Of a DNA stretch of 64,000 nt, positions 10,874 through 22,400 are shown in pieces (position 1 is the stretch's first letter; every line of letters begins with the position of its first letter). This DNA comes from Setoptus koraiensis (lineage: Eukaryota; Animalia; Arthropoda), in the NCBI GenBank assembly GCA_048013815.1, contig CM106586.1, forward strand, positions 8,308,001 to 8,372,000, in the 5' to 3' direction. The translations under genes and the position numbers were made by a program. The notes beneath the pieces were generated by a model. It was not told where the DNA came from and made no database searches. It saw only the letters and a list, made by a program, of their open reading frames with translations.

Positions 10874-11463
10874 TTTCGCCATAACCTAACAATTCATTAC
10901 GTCAAAAAACAGATCTACTGAAACAACGAAGAAAAAAAAACTATGTATTAAACTTGTAAACATCATATAGTAAGTAAGTACTTTATAGTAAGATAATATC
11001 GAAGCTTGACAAAGTGCTAAATAACATCACATTGAACCCAATAAATGATTGTAGTGCATTTGTCTACAATATATCTATTTAAAATAACATTGCCCTTGTT
11101 GTTTATTAGCACCGTTTGTTTTGTTAACACAATTGATTATGGTCGTCAAAATCTTGAGTATAGTATAACTATGAGAGCGAATCAAGATTGAACAAAAGGT
11201 GCTCGTTAGTCAGTGAAGTTCATCTATGCTGAACATTACAGCGAATATCTTAGTTCAACAGTTATATAATGAATTTTTTTTACATGTAACTTCCTTGTAT
11301 GAGTGCCACCGTTCTTTTTCGTCATGTAATCAACGAGTTTCACGAATTTTGCTGAAACTAAAACTATTCAGCATGAATTCAAAACTGTTTACTTCACCAA
11401 AAATATGACAAGGTGTTAGTTCTGGCTGGCACATTAGATTGACTATTTGTGGCATTGTGGACA

Positions 11464-12512
11464 TTATTGAACACTGACGCTTGGCAGCGACATTTGACCA
11501 CTCGCTTGATTCATCAGATTGGTGGCAGCGCCTCTAGCCTGATCGGCAGCACCTTGCAAGCTGTTAGGCAAGGAATTAGCTCCTCCACCCATGTTCATCA
11601 ATCCGTTGGCGGTCGATTGTAATTGGTCAGTAGCACTTGTTAGGCTGTTCTGAAGGCCGCCCAAGCCCCCTGAGCCTCCTCCTAAATTACCCAAGGCACC
11701 TTGAAGGCCACCCAAGCCCCCTCCGCTTCCTCCCAAATTATCTAACACGCCTTGGAGACCACCTAAGCCCCCTGAGCCTCCTCCCAAATTGCCCAAGGCA
11801 CCTTGGAGGCCACCCAGGCCCCCTCCGCCACCTCCCAAATTACCCATGGATCCTTGGAGACCGCCTAAGCCCCCCGAGCCTCCTCCCAGATTACCCAAGG
11901 CACCCTGGAGGCCACCCAGGCCCCCTCCGCTACCTCCCAAATTACCCATGGATCCTTGGAGGCCGCCCAAGCCCCCTGAGCCTCCTCCCAAATTGCCCAA
12001 GGCACCTTGGAGGCCACCGAGCATACCGTTGGTACTGCCTTGCATTCCTCCATTTAGACTTGCCAGTCTACCTCCCATTTGAGAGATCGTGGACCCCAAA
12101 CCACTTATGTGATCGCCGGCCATTTGCATTGCGCGTCCAGGTATAGTAGTAGCTACAGGTGATGTAAATGAGAGTGATGTAATTGAGAGTACGATGTTGT
12201 GATCAGTGACCGTTCAGTAATTAATATTCATCAAGGATAATTTTGTAGAGAGGAGTAAAATTGTGCTTGTCATGCAATAGTAAACATGTTATTTATCGTA
12301 CCGGAACCTATCAATGACGACAACATTCCCTGGCCTCCTGATGCGCCACCATTTAGATTTAGGTTTGGAATCAATCCTTGTGATCCTCCAGCTCCACCAG
12401 TGAAGCCCGACATAAGGCCTCCCAACAAGCCGCCGCTATTTGTGTTAGTTTGGGCTAGAACATTATTAGCGACACAAGCTAACAGTAGACACAAGATTGA
12501 AATCTTATTCAT
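11464..12512 (-). CDS. Secreted glycine-rich tandem-repeat protein A (299 aa), join(12302..12512,11464..12152)
   Basis: Exon 1 encodes signal peptide MNKISILCLLLACVANNVLA-Q. A phase-1 intron 12153-12301 (G|GTACGA ... CACCTGTAG|CT) joins the two ORF-track frames in register (..IGSATTIPGRAMQM..). Exon 2 has seven 17-aa repeats. A TATA box lies upstream. Confidence 0.85.
11656..12012 (-). repeat. Coding tandem repeat, 51-bp unit x7, alternating A/B (102-bp higher-order unit)
   Basis: Translation LQGALGNLGGGSGGLGG alternates with LQGSMGNLGG(S/G)GGGLGG, and one B unit reads LQGVLDNLGGSGGGLGG. The DNA repeat is visible directly. Confidence 0.95.
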
Positions 12513-12670
12513 TTTTGTTTTGATTTATGGTTGCTTTGATTCGTGATGATTTTGTAGAAGTTTTGTGTTAATAGGCAATGTGTGGGTATACTCAAGCTGC
12601 TGTTATGACTGCTGACGATAGAATGGCAAGAATATATGAAATGACGATAAAAGAAACTAAAGGGTCTGCT

Positions 12671-12677
12671 ATTTATA
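12671..12677 (-). promoter_or_regulatory. Probable TATA box of secreted protein A
   Basis: TATAAAT on the minus strand about 165 nt upstream of the ATG at 12512, with an Inr-like TCATTT about 35 nt downstream (12639-12644). Confidence 0.5.
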
Positions 12678-14032
12678 ACCGTCAGCGCCTAAAATAACTG
12701 CCACACGATTGCCAGCCATGATAGTGAATGAAAGAGAGTAACCATTGATGTAAATGAGTTGCGATGATAATCGCCTTGCACCTATAAATATGGATGATAT
12801 GTGTTGCGTAAACGAGTCTACCGGTGTTTGATCAACAAATTGATGAAGCAATATTGATCGATATGTAACTTGAATGATGAATGGATATTATTATGCCAAT
12901 TTCATGCGACTGATTTGCTGACAGATCGTCGTCACCATTGCGCTGGGTTCGTTTTCCCGGTATCTACCGGTATGGCAACACTGCAAGGAAATGTCGACGG
13001 CGAATTGCCTCTAATTTTCTAGGCGCACCTACTCTGTTCTTACTTCCTGTTGTCTCGTATCACTTGAGCCTTGACATGAATCAATCATTGCAACTTACAA
13101 TCTGAACAATCTGAAATGAGCCATTGGGTCGCAGACGAGACGGCGGTTTGTCTGACAATGTCAGTGAGCGAATCACATTGTATGGTCTCAGTAGATCATG
13201 CGACAAAATCAAACCGTCTGGTTAGTGTATATTGTATACATGAAAAGGTATTAGTATGGCATCAATTAAAGGATTCATAATCACTCGATGAATATGTTTG
13301 AGAACACAGTGGCCTGCATTTATTTATTATTTGATCTCTAGCTCAAGGTGACGACATCATTTAACAACAAAACAATAGGTGACTACGAGTAATGTACAGA
13401 AATAGTGGGTGTAGGAAAAATGCGCGCCTAATAAAATCGTAATGATCAATCAGTGATCTCATGATGTGTGTGTGTGTGCGTGTGTATGTAGATCTAATTA
13501 ACATGATGATTAGAAACAGACAGTTTAATTGTTAACAATAATAATGGTTTTTTATATGTGTCCTGTGTGTCTATGTGAGTGTGTGTGTGTGTGTGTGTGT
13601 GGTCGTCAATACAACGATGTGAATAGGAATAAAATATTGTTGTGATATTTTGTGTAGTAGTTGTTGCGCCAGTTTGTGACCATGACGATGATGATGTCGC
13701 GATTGTCAACGAATGTCGATTATATAATAGATTACGTCAACTTGCAAATAAGCAATTAAGTATGCAATTAAGTATGCAACCAACCAACAACGTTCACGTG
13801 TCACTCGAGCCACTCGTGCAGCCACTTTGTAACCACTTTTTAACTCACCGCATCGGATCGGCCACGGATTCGCCACACCATCAACCATCAACCACCAACC
13901 ATCACCATACACAAACAGCACACTCATCACCAATTAATTCAAATCAAATTATTGATACAATCTTCAATTGGGCAGCAATAGCTATCGATTAGTAGTAGCC
14001 ATCACGCCATATATCACGCTACCAACCGCTAA

Positions 14033-15349
14033 TTAGTATCTGCCCGAGCTGCCACCACTGGCGCCCCCCATCGATTTGCCGCCTTGCATCATTGAGCTGG
14101 CCATATTGCTAAAGTTATCTAATAAACCTGTTGCAGATTTATGTAAACTTTTAACGCCTTGCTCGGCAACATTTTGCACCTGACCAATGGCACCGGCTAA
14201 ACCATTTTGCATTTGACCCATCATATTTTCGGCCTCTTTATGTAGGCCGCCCATGTTGCCCTGCATTTGGCCCATGACACCGCCAGCCATTTGCATATTT
14301 TGTTGCAGACCACTCTGTAGTTGTCTACTCAACTGACTAGCCGTTCCCTGTACATGATGCAAAACACCCTGAAAACCGTTAGTCAATGTGCTCAAAATGC
14401 CCCTAGTTTGGCCCCTCATATTGCTGCTCATTTTGCCGCCCATCGATGTGGCCTGACTAACAATCTTATGCAATCCCCTCTCTAATTTAGTACGTACCTG
14501 CTCTAATGCGCCCGTTGCTTGCATACTCACACCCTGTAGACCGTTTGACATTTGTGACATCATCATTGATTTGTGTTGGCCAGTTTCGGCTGTCGCCATG
14601 TCCGCTTGACGTTTGCGACGTCGCTGTGATGCCGATGCCGCCGCTGCTGCTGCGTTTCCGTTCAAACCTTGCTCCATCGCGCTCCTCAGACGGTTGCCCG
14701 CGTCGATGCCCGCGTTTGCCTGGCCCATTATGACCCTATTCTTGGTTTGTATCATGGACGAGGCCATGTTGCCCAGCGAACCCAACGGCGACGGCATAAC
14801 CGATTGCAGCGCCGCCAATCCCGGCATGGCTATTTGTTCGTTTCCGCCCGCTCTGGCCACGCTGTTTGCCATGCTGTCCATACCGGAACTGACGCCCGTT
14901 ATTCCCGAATTGGCCAATTCGACGGCTCGCAGCGGCAAGCCGCCGATGGCGGTCAGCGCGGGCTGAATGGGACCGTCGGGGGCCAGGTAGCGCGACACTC
15001 CGTCGGCGGACGTGGCCAGAATTCCGGTGACAGTTTGCGCTTTTCGTCCATTCGGTCACATTTTCCATTTCGATTCGATCGTATTTTCGGATTCGATTCG
15101 ATCGTATTTTCCATTTCGATTCGAACACAATAACAAACAATCAGTTTTATGCCAACATCGACTATATAGTTATGATATCGCGCGTCATCTCGTCGACTGA
15201 TCGCGGCGCTGCTTGCCGTTATACTCACCCCCAGGTATCGACGAGCCACCGGAAGCGGCGGCGGCGCTGCCGGCGTCGGATGCGTCTTGGCCGCGGGCGG
15301 CTGACGTTGCCAGCATGAGGCACATGACGATGCTCGCTGCGAGAGACAT
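14033..15349 (-). CDS. Secreted Gly/Met/Gln/Ser-rich protein B with furin-type site and 11-mer amphipathic repeats; exon 1 15229..15349, exon 2 from 15039 (or 14997) to 14033
   Basis: Exon 1 reads MSLAASIVMCLMLATSAARG-QDASDAG.. (signal peptide) and ends at a consensus GTGAGT donor in phase 1. Two phase-1-compatible AG acceptors exist (15040-41 or 14998-99), both weak. Exon 2 contains AAAAAASASQRRRKR/QAD and the repeats MSQMSNGLQGV ... LSTLTNGFQGV. Confidence 0.8.
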
Positions 15350-15530
15350 GTTCGTTTCTGCTTTGTTGTTTCCGGTTTCACTGTTTCAGGTTTGGCTGAT
15401 TGTGGTTTCACTGTTTGTGATCGCTTGTTGACACTTGTTGTGGCTGGTCGCTGTTGTTGAGCTTGCTAATTTGGGCCGATTGTGTGAACGATGGATCGTT
15501 TATAACTAATGGATGGACTAAACTGCTGCG

Positions 15531-15538
15531 TTTATATA
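15531..15538 (-). promoter_or_regulatory. Probable TATA box of secreted protein B
   Basis: TATATAAA on the minus strand about 180 nt upstream of the ATG at 15349. Confidence 0.5.
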
Positions 15539-16015
15539 GCGAGCGTATTTGCATCTGTTTGCTCTGTGTGTCTAAAACATTTGCCAACTACGGGTGGCGA
15601 TCAATGGCGAGCAATGGCGAGGAAAATTCCGCGATGTGCAAATGCGACTGGCGCGTCAAAATCATTATTATACTGACAGCTCTGTCAGTGTCGATACAAA
15701 CACAATTGCGCAACAGTCAGATACTCATTAGTGACCCCATCATCAGTTTGGGGCGGGCCGACGCTACTGGCACTAGTGCTAACACCGTGCTGCTAATATC
15801 TGCGTGAGCCCTTGCCAGATACATGCCAGATATAAGCCAGATATAAGGTGGCGCTGGGCAGACAAACAACGAGCTGGCAATTCGTTCAATCATTCATTCG
15901 GTGGTTGGTGTTGCGTCTGACAGCCACAGGTGCGTGTGTGTTAATAAATGCAACGACAAGTGCAATTATGAGTGCGAATGCGTTGGAATAATAATCATCA
16001 ACGCATTGGCACGGC

Positions 16016-16152
16016 GCAACAGCGACAGCAACAACGACAACAACAACAACGACAGCGACGACAACAACCACGGCAACGGCAGCAACAGCGACGACAACAG
16101 CAGCAACAACAACGACAGCGACAACAGCAACAACGACAGCGACAACAGCAAC
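16016..16152. repeat. Compound trinucleotide repeat (CAA/CAG/CGA)
   Basis: Directly visible. It explains the overlapping poly-Q, poly-V/A, poly-L and N/D/S ORFs in the track. Confidence 0.9.
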
Positions 16153-19100
16153 ACGGCGCCAGAGAGAGCCGAGCGAAAGAGCGAGGCCTTGGCAGGCACG
16201 TATCGCCATTGTTCTTGGCCGGCCGGTGTTGTTGGCATTACATTAACAGCGGCTGGCGAGCTCGCCAGGCGAGTATCGGCACGGCGGTGGTCAGTTGGTC
16301 GGCCGGTCAGTCGGGCAGTCGCACAGCCGGTCAGTCGGTGGGGCAGCCAGTCGGTGGGGCTGCGGTCGGCGATCGGCGGTCGGCGATCGGCGGCCAGCGA
16401 AACGTTGATTAGGGTTTAAGGTCAAGGAAGAGTCAGTGGCGATCGGGCCGAGTCGAGCGGTCGATCATTGATTCGCAGCAGCGGCGACGAGCCACTCGCC
16501 AGCGCCACCAGACCGGCAAGACAGTGACTGTTGTGTCTTGTTGTGGCTCGGCTCGGCTCATCTCATGCAAAGTCATTTGATCCGTGTAAAGTCATGCGCT
16601 GGCCGCCGGCTGCACGGTAGTCGCCACCGGTGTGACTTACTATTCTTTACAACTTGTTTGCACAAAATCTGTGTCCGCTGGCCACTTTTACCTGTCGGCC
16701 GCCCGTTACCCTTACCTGTAGCGGCCGGTGTGACGGTCAGTGTGGCGCTGACACGGCACGCACAGCACCACTTTTGAGTGAGCTTTTCAACTGGACCTTA
16801 TAAAGTGAACCTGACTTTTATAAACTTTAGAGAAACTTTTCTTGGCCTTAACACAATAGCGCGGCGCTGGCTGGATGTTCTGGCTTCTCTGGCCGCTGCT
16901 GTCCGCTGCTGTCCGCTTCTGGCCGCTGCTGTCCGCTGCTGGCCGCTTGTGGTTCCAAACGGCCGCTCCGTGCCGTGAACCCGCCGAATTGGCTATCTCT
17001 ATCAGCTGTCGATGGGCATTAATTGGCGGCGCTGGGCCGCCGGCCACTGGCCAAAGTTTACTCAACCTGATAGAAAACACGCTCGACAGTTGATGGAAAC
17101 TCGATGGACACTCGATAGAAAATAGCCGATAGATAAAGAGTCAACAGATACAGAGTCAACAGGTAAAGAGTCAACAGGTAAAAGAGGGGATAATAGTTTT
17201 CGGCTTAATAGCTCGCTGTTTATAGTCAGCGGATGATTGATGGTCGTGCGCACGGCCATTACGCTACATGAGCGTTACATTACACATAATTGATACTAGA
17301 CACAACAAATCGGCTCGCCGGCCAGCTCGTCTCGTGTGTGTCTGTCCAAAACAACGGCAAGGTGAGACGCGGCCATTATTTTAGACACACCGATGAGGCG
17401 CGCAGGTAGGCGAGGCAAAGTTGCGCGTGAAAGGACAAACGAAATCGGGCGCAAATTGCATGCGTTTGATTGGATTAGCCGGCACAAATCGAGCATAATC
17501 ATGAATAAAGTGAACGACAGTCAAAGTGCATGCGTCAGAGCAGCCAACAACAATGCCAAGGGCGCCTCCGATTGTTGTTAATAATTAGCAAATAACTAAT
17601 TATTAATAACGACAAACCTTTCGCCCAAACGAACAATGAATGATGAATATTATGAATGATGAATATTTACAAATAAAGTTGTGCAATGGTCACACCTTGC
17701 GGGTGTCTTGTCGACAAGACAGTCTTGTCGACAACCTGTCGCGTCTTGTCAAACTGACCTGTCACCTGTCACTCGTGCCCGTCACAAGCGATTTGTCGCC
17801 GCCAGCAATTTCACAGTATGAAATCGCTGTGAATCGTTGTGACACATGCCTAATCTCTCATTAGATCGCACACTGTGTGACACCGCCGAGCGGCTTCTTG
17901 TCTAGCTAATTAGTCAGTTAATTATTTGCCATTGTGACTGACGACACACACACACACACACACACACCGAGCGTTAATTGAAACGAGAGAAGCACTGCTT
18001 ATAGGTCATCTCGCCTATGTACATACGGCCGGCTAATACCGGCGCGGTTAAATAGTCATGCTGTCGATGTTAGCCCAGCTCAGGTGACTTTTAATGCTCG
18101 CCTTTATGTGTTTTTCTCTCTCTACGTTTTGTGTTATTTTGCTTACAATTTTGCTTTTGTTGTTAGTTTGTGGTTTTGCTCATTGTCGCTGTCTGATGCG
18201 CCGTGATGTAATGCATCACAATAAGCAATAAATACTACTAGCAATAATACTCAGGTGAGCCGGCTGCACTGCCGAGGAACGTGATCGATGCAACATTGAC
18301 GAAAATCACCGTTTTCATCAATGAATTTCTATCACTATTTCCACTGTCACTGTACGTATACTTTATACTTACTTATACGTTATATTGTGCTATAGGCATT
18401 AACAATTTCAGTTCACAGTGTACACATGCTAGTCGGCTATGATATTTGGCTGGCGATGCCAAATATTGCCTCACATTGTATGACTGGCTCAATGTGAGCC
18501 ATCATATTGAGCCATCATACATTGAGATATTGTGATATTGAAACAGGTGAGCAACAATAGGCAACAGGTTGACAATGAGCGAGAGTGACGACTAAAATAG
18601 TAATAGCATTGTTACGGTGGCATGGATAGAGCACACATAAATGAGGCCTGGCCTGTCTATTTGCCAGACAGTGGCGTTGTTGTCGGATCGGATAGGATCA
18701 GATCGGATCAGATGCGATCAAATGCGATCAGATCAGATCAGATCAGATAGTTTGTGGCTCATAATGTATGTAAATTCATGTAGTTTTATCATGTAGTATT
18801 GACATAGCAGCAACGACATTAACACCACCAGTCACTATTAACCAGCACAATTAGCTTAATCAATTACAGCAACCAAACAACTTGGTTGCATACACATTAT
18901 AACTGTATCATATCATACACACATCACAACATCAAATCATATCATCATTTACTGTGGGCAGATTATATAACAAGTGCACCAGTGACAGCAGTGTGACAGT
19001 CAGTGTGGTAGTCAGGTGCTGGTGCAATGAATAAATGGATTATTCATTGGCCGCTCAGAAGCATAAATAATAATAGTAATAATAATAAACTAGCAATAAT

Positions 19101-19451
19101 TAATCAATTAGCGACGAGGCAAGTGGATAGTTGCTGGCAAGACACACAACGATACAACAATAGACATTACAAGCATGCATATTAATGTGTGTGCAATGTA
19201 ATGTGTATTGGTAGATTGTTTTTTAAATTAGCATTAGCAGAAGCAGTAGTAGTAAATTTGCATAATAACAACAGCATATTATACCATTTATAGACACACA
19301 TTATACGGCACATAAACGGAACATAATTAATCAATCAATAATCAGCTGCAGCATTAATTAAAAATCGGTAATTAGGCATAAATAATAACAACAGCAACAA
19401 AGCAAACATAACCTAGTGTCTAATGTCAAGCCAGAGTCAAGTGTCAAGTAA

Positions 19452-22400
19452 ATGCATAAACACCGATTCAATAATGAGGCGCACTTGCACAACGTTCAAG
19501 ACGATGGAACTCAACAGACAGTTCTCAATAGACAAGTGGAGAGAAGTGACCTTGACCAGTTTGACGTCCCCGACAGACTGTACGAGATGCTGATATCCCA
19601 ATCAGGTACTTTGCTCCCTTACTGCACTAACTGCAAATTGATGCTGGCAAATGATGCTGGCAAATGATGCTGGCAAATGATGCTGGCAAATGATGCTGGC
19701 AAATGAAAAACTTACTTAATGCGTTTCCGTCGTTCTTATCATCAGGATATTTGCTCGTTCTTGCCGGAGGATTCTTGATCACATTGATAGTGACAATTGT
19801 ATTGTTGTTGAAGAAGAGGCGCGCTGTCATCTCAGGAAACAGCAACCAAGGCGGCAGCCGCACCAACAACAACAACAACAACAACAACAAAGCTGCTGGT
19901 GGTGATAAAAAGAAAGTTATTTGTGGCCCCAACACTCGTCATGATTGTCACACTGACAAAGGTAGTAACGTTAATAATAGCATAATTGTAGACACTGTTA
20001 ACAGTGGCCAGTTACACATTAGTAGCAGTAGCAGTAGCAGCAGCACAGTATTAGAGTTAGATGACAGTAGTAACAAAATTGACAGTAGTAATATTAACAG
20101 TGGCGCTGACATTATAATTAACGACATCATAATCAACGATAGCTGTAACAATGATTACGTCATAGCAGCAGCAGCAGCAGCAGCGGCGGCTTCAGCGGTA
20201 GCGATAGCAGGAAGAGACGCTTCTGTAGAGGCAAATGACGAGCAGACATTAGCTAGCAACCTTGACGTTGACGAACAACAATCAAAACAATCATCATCAT
20301 CAGTCGTTTCCGGTGAGCAGTTACACAGAGGCGAGCGTGAGAGCGAGCTTGAGGGCACCAATTTCATTGAGACTACCACAAGCTCACAGGTTATCAAGTC
20401 TAGATGGCGCTACAGTTTCTATAGGGCATGTAGATTAATGCATTTGAGTAACGATAGTAACGGCAGCGCTAGCAATGACACCAACAACAAGTCAACAACA
20501 ACCACAACAGCAACCACAACAACAACAAAGACAGGTGGAGGGCTGTTGAGTGGTCAGCAAGACCGCAGCGACAATGTTGCTGCGGTTGACGGTGACAATG
20601 ATTACTTTGAGCCAGAACTGTTAAAGTCTACAACACTTCGTGCTACTAATGTACAAATGTAAGTGCTTTAGTACAACAACCAAAACACTCGCCAGGGCAA
20701 CTTTATCTAATTCGCAACTTTTCAATTTGTTTCATCTTCACCTGTTCACCTGTTCACCTAACTTCGCCTTTCCTGTTTACCTGTGCTCACCTGCTCTATA
20801 TCTATGCTGTGATTATTACTCCCACCTTGCATAATTGTTGCCACTATTGTCACGGCCACCACTGTTGGCGCTATCGACTGTATATTGTTTTCTCTGTCAT
20901 CGCTGTTATTGTTGTTGCCTGGTTAACCACACCACACCACACCACACCAAACTGACCAAAACCAACCACACACACACACGCGCACACACACACACGCACT
21001 CACCGCAATCAGGTGATAGAGCGCTCTGCTTTCAGGAGCATGGTAAATATCCGTTAATATTTGGTAGAAGCAAAGATTCTGTGATATTGCCAAATATAAT
21101 AGCTCAACAAGATATAAACAATGATTGTGCAATGCAAATAGGGGCACCATCGTTGGCCACAACCACCACAGTGATCACAGATGAGAATGGTCACTCGATG
21201 AAGATCAGACTGTTATGTCATCATCATTTACCTGACTGTGATAATGGTAATTACAAGTATTCAAGAGCGAAAAATTTACAACAGCAACAGCAGCAACAAC
21301 AACAATTCAATAATGCACAAGAATTGGCCACTATAGTGAGCGACGATGACGATGTCACCATGTCGGCCTCGTTGCGAAACACGTCCTCGTCGTCGGCCAA
21401 TGTTGTTGTTGGCGACCATCGCAACTCTACACACTACTCAACCGGCTACAACAACACACACCAGCAGCATGTGATACCGGCTTCAGTGATAACTTCAAGT
21501 CAACACTTGTCGCCGTCGACTAAAAATTTATCCCTCCAAACACAAGCAAACAACAGCAGAGGTGAAGATAACGATGTTGCCTGCTGTAAAGTTTTAAACG
21601 AAATCAATTCAATATCAAGACAGGTTCAACAGCAAAACAACAACAACAACAACAATAATGATTTCAACAAAGAGCACGATATCACGTAGGTACCAGTTCA
21701 ATTTCGACACGGGCAACAACAATTAGCCGCAACTATTCACTGACCGCTATCCTGTACACACTTTTTTACACAAGCCTTCAACTCTAGACTCCCGTTCAGT
21801 TTCCATTCGATTGCCCGTCATCACTCTACCTCGCTATCTACACAAAATACACACTATATCAATATCAAGTTCAATAACAAATTATAACAAACACTCTCTT
21901 ACGCCAATGTCTAATTGAATGATCTCATTTAATCTCTCTGTCTATTGTTTGTTATCATTATTTACGCCATCATTGTGTGTCTCTATTCAGTCCAATCGAA
22001 ACGTTCAATGATTCAAACACAAGCGAATACGATGATACTTGGTGCGATTCTCGTCAGGAGGACAGTACCACTTTTGATGCAAATAATCAAGAGGCCGACT
22101 TTGCCAATTTGAACAACAATGATTTTGTGCTCGATGCCGATGTTAGAAAATTAAACAGATCCAATGTTGAAATGATCTTGCAGATGAATCAGCGCAAGAC
22201 TTTGGAGAATGGTCTGAATACTTTGAATTATTTAGGCAGCAACAACAAAATTGAAAGAATTGGCCGGGGCAAGGGCTCACTTCAGTCCAATTACTCTCAG
22301 GCGGGTGTATTGCCCGCGGCTTCATTAATTGAGGCAACTGAAAGACAGCAGACGCTCATGAGACAACAGCGACTCGATGGATTGGACTTGTCACAAACAA

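Noticed and set aside
11637-12146. Pro-rich + strand ORFs (169 aa and 97 aa, PKAPWRPP repeats) resembling extensin
   Set aside because: They are antisense shadows of the Gly-rich repeat. The minus-strand frame has the signal peptide, in-phase intron and TATA box.
15886-16419. Overlapping N/D/S-, Q/R- and V/A-rich ORFs
   Set aside because: All frames are explained by a compound trinucleotide repeat. No ATG-led or domain-bearing frame.
19703-19745. ORF-track start MKNLLNAFPSFLSS as the N-terminus of the TM-C2 protein
   Set aside because: It lies in a well-formed phase-1 intron (19606-19745) that joins the upstream ORF at 19452 in frame. Kept only as a possible alternative start.
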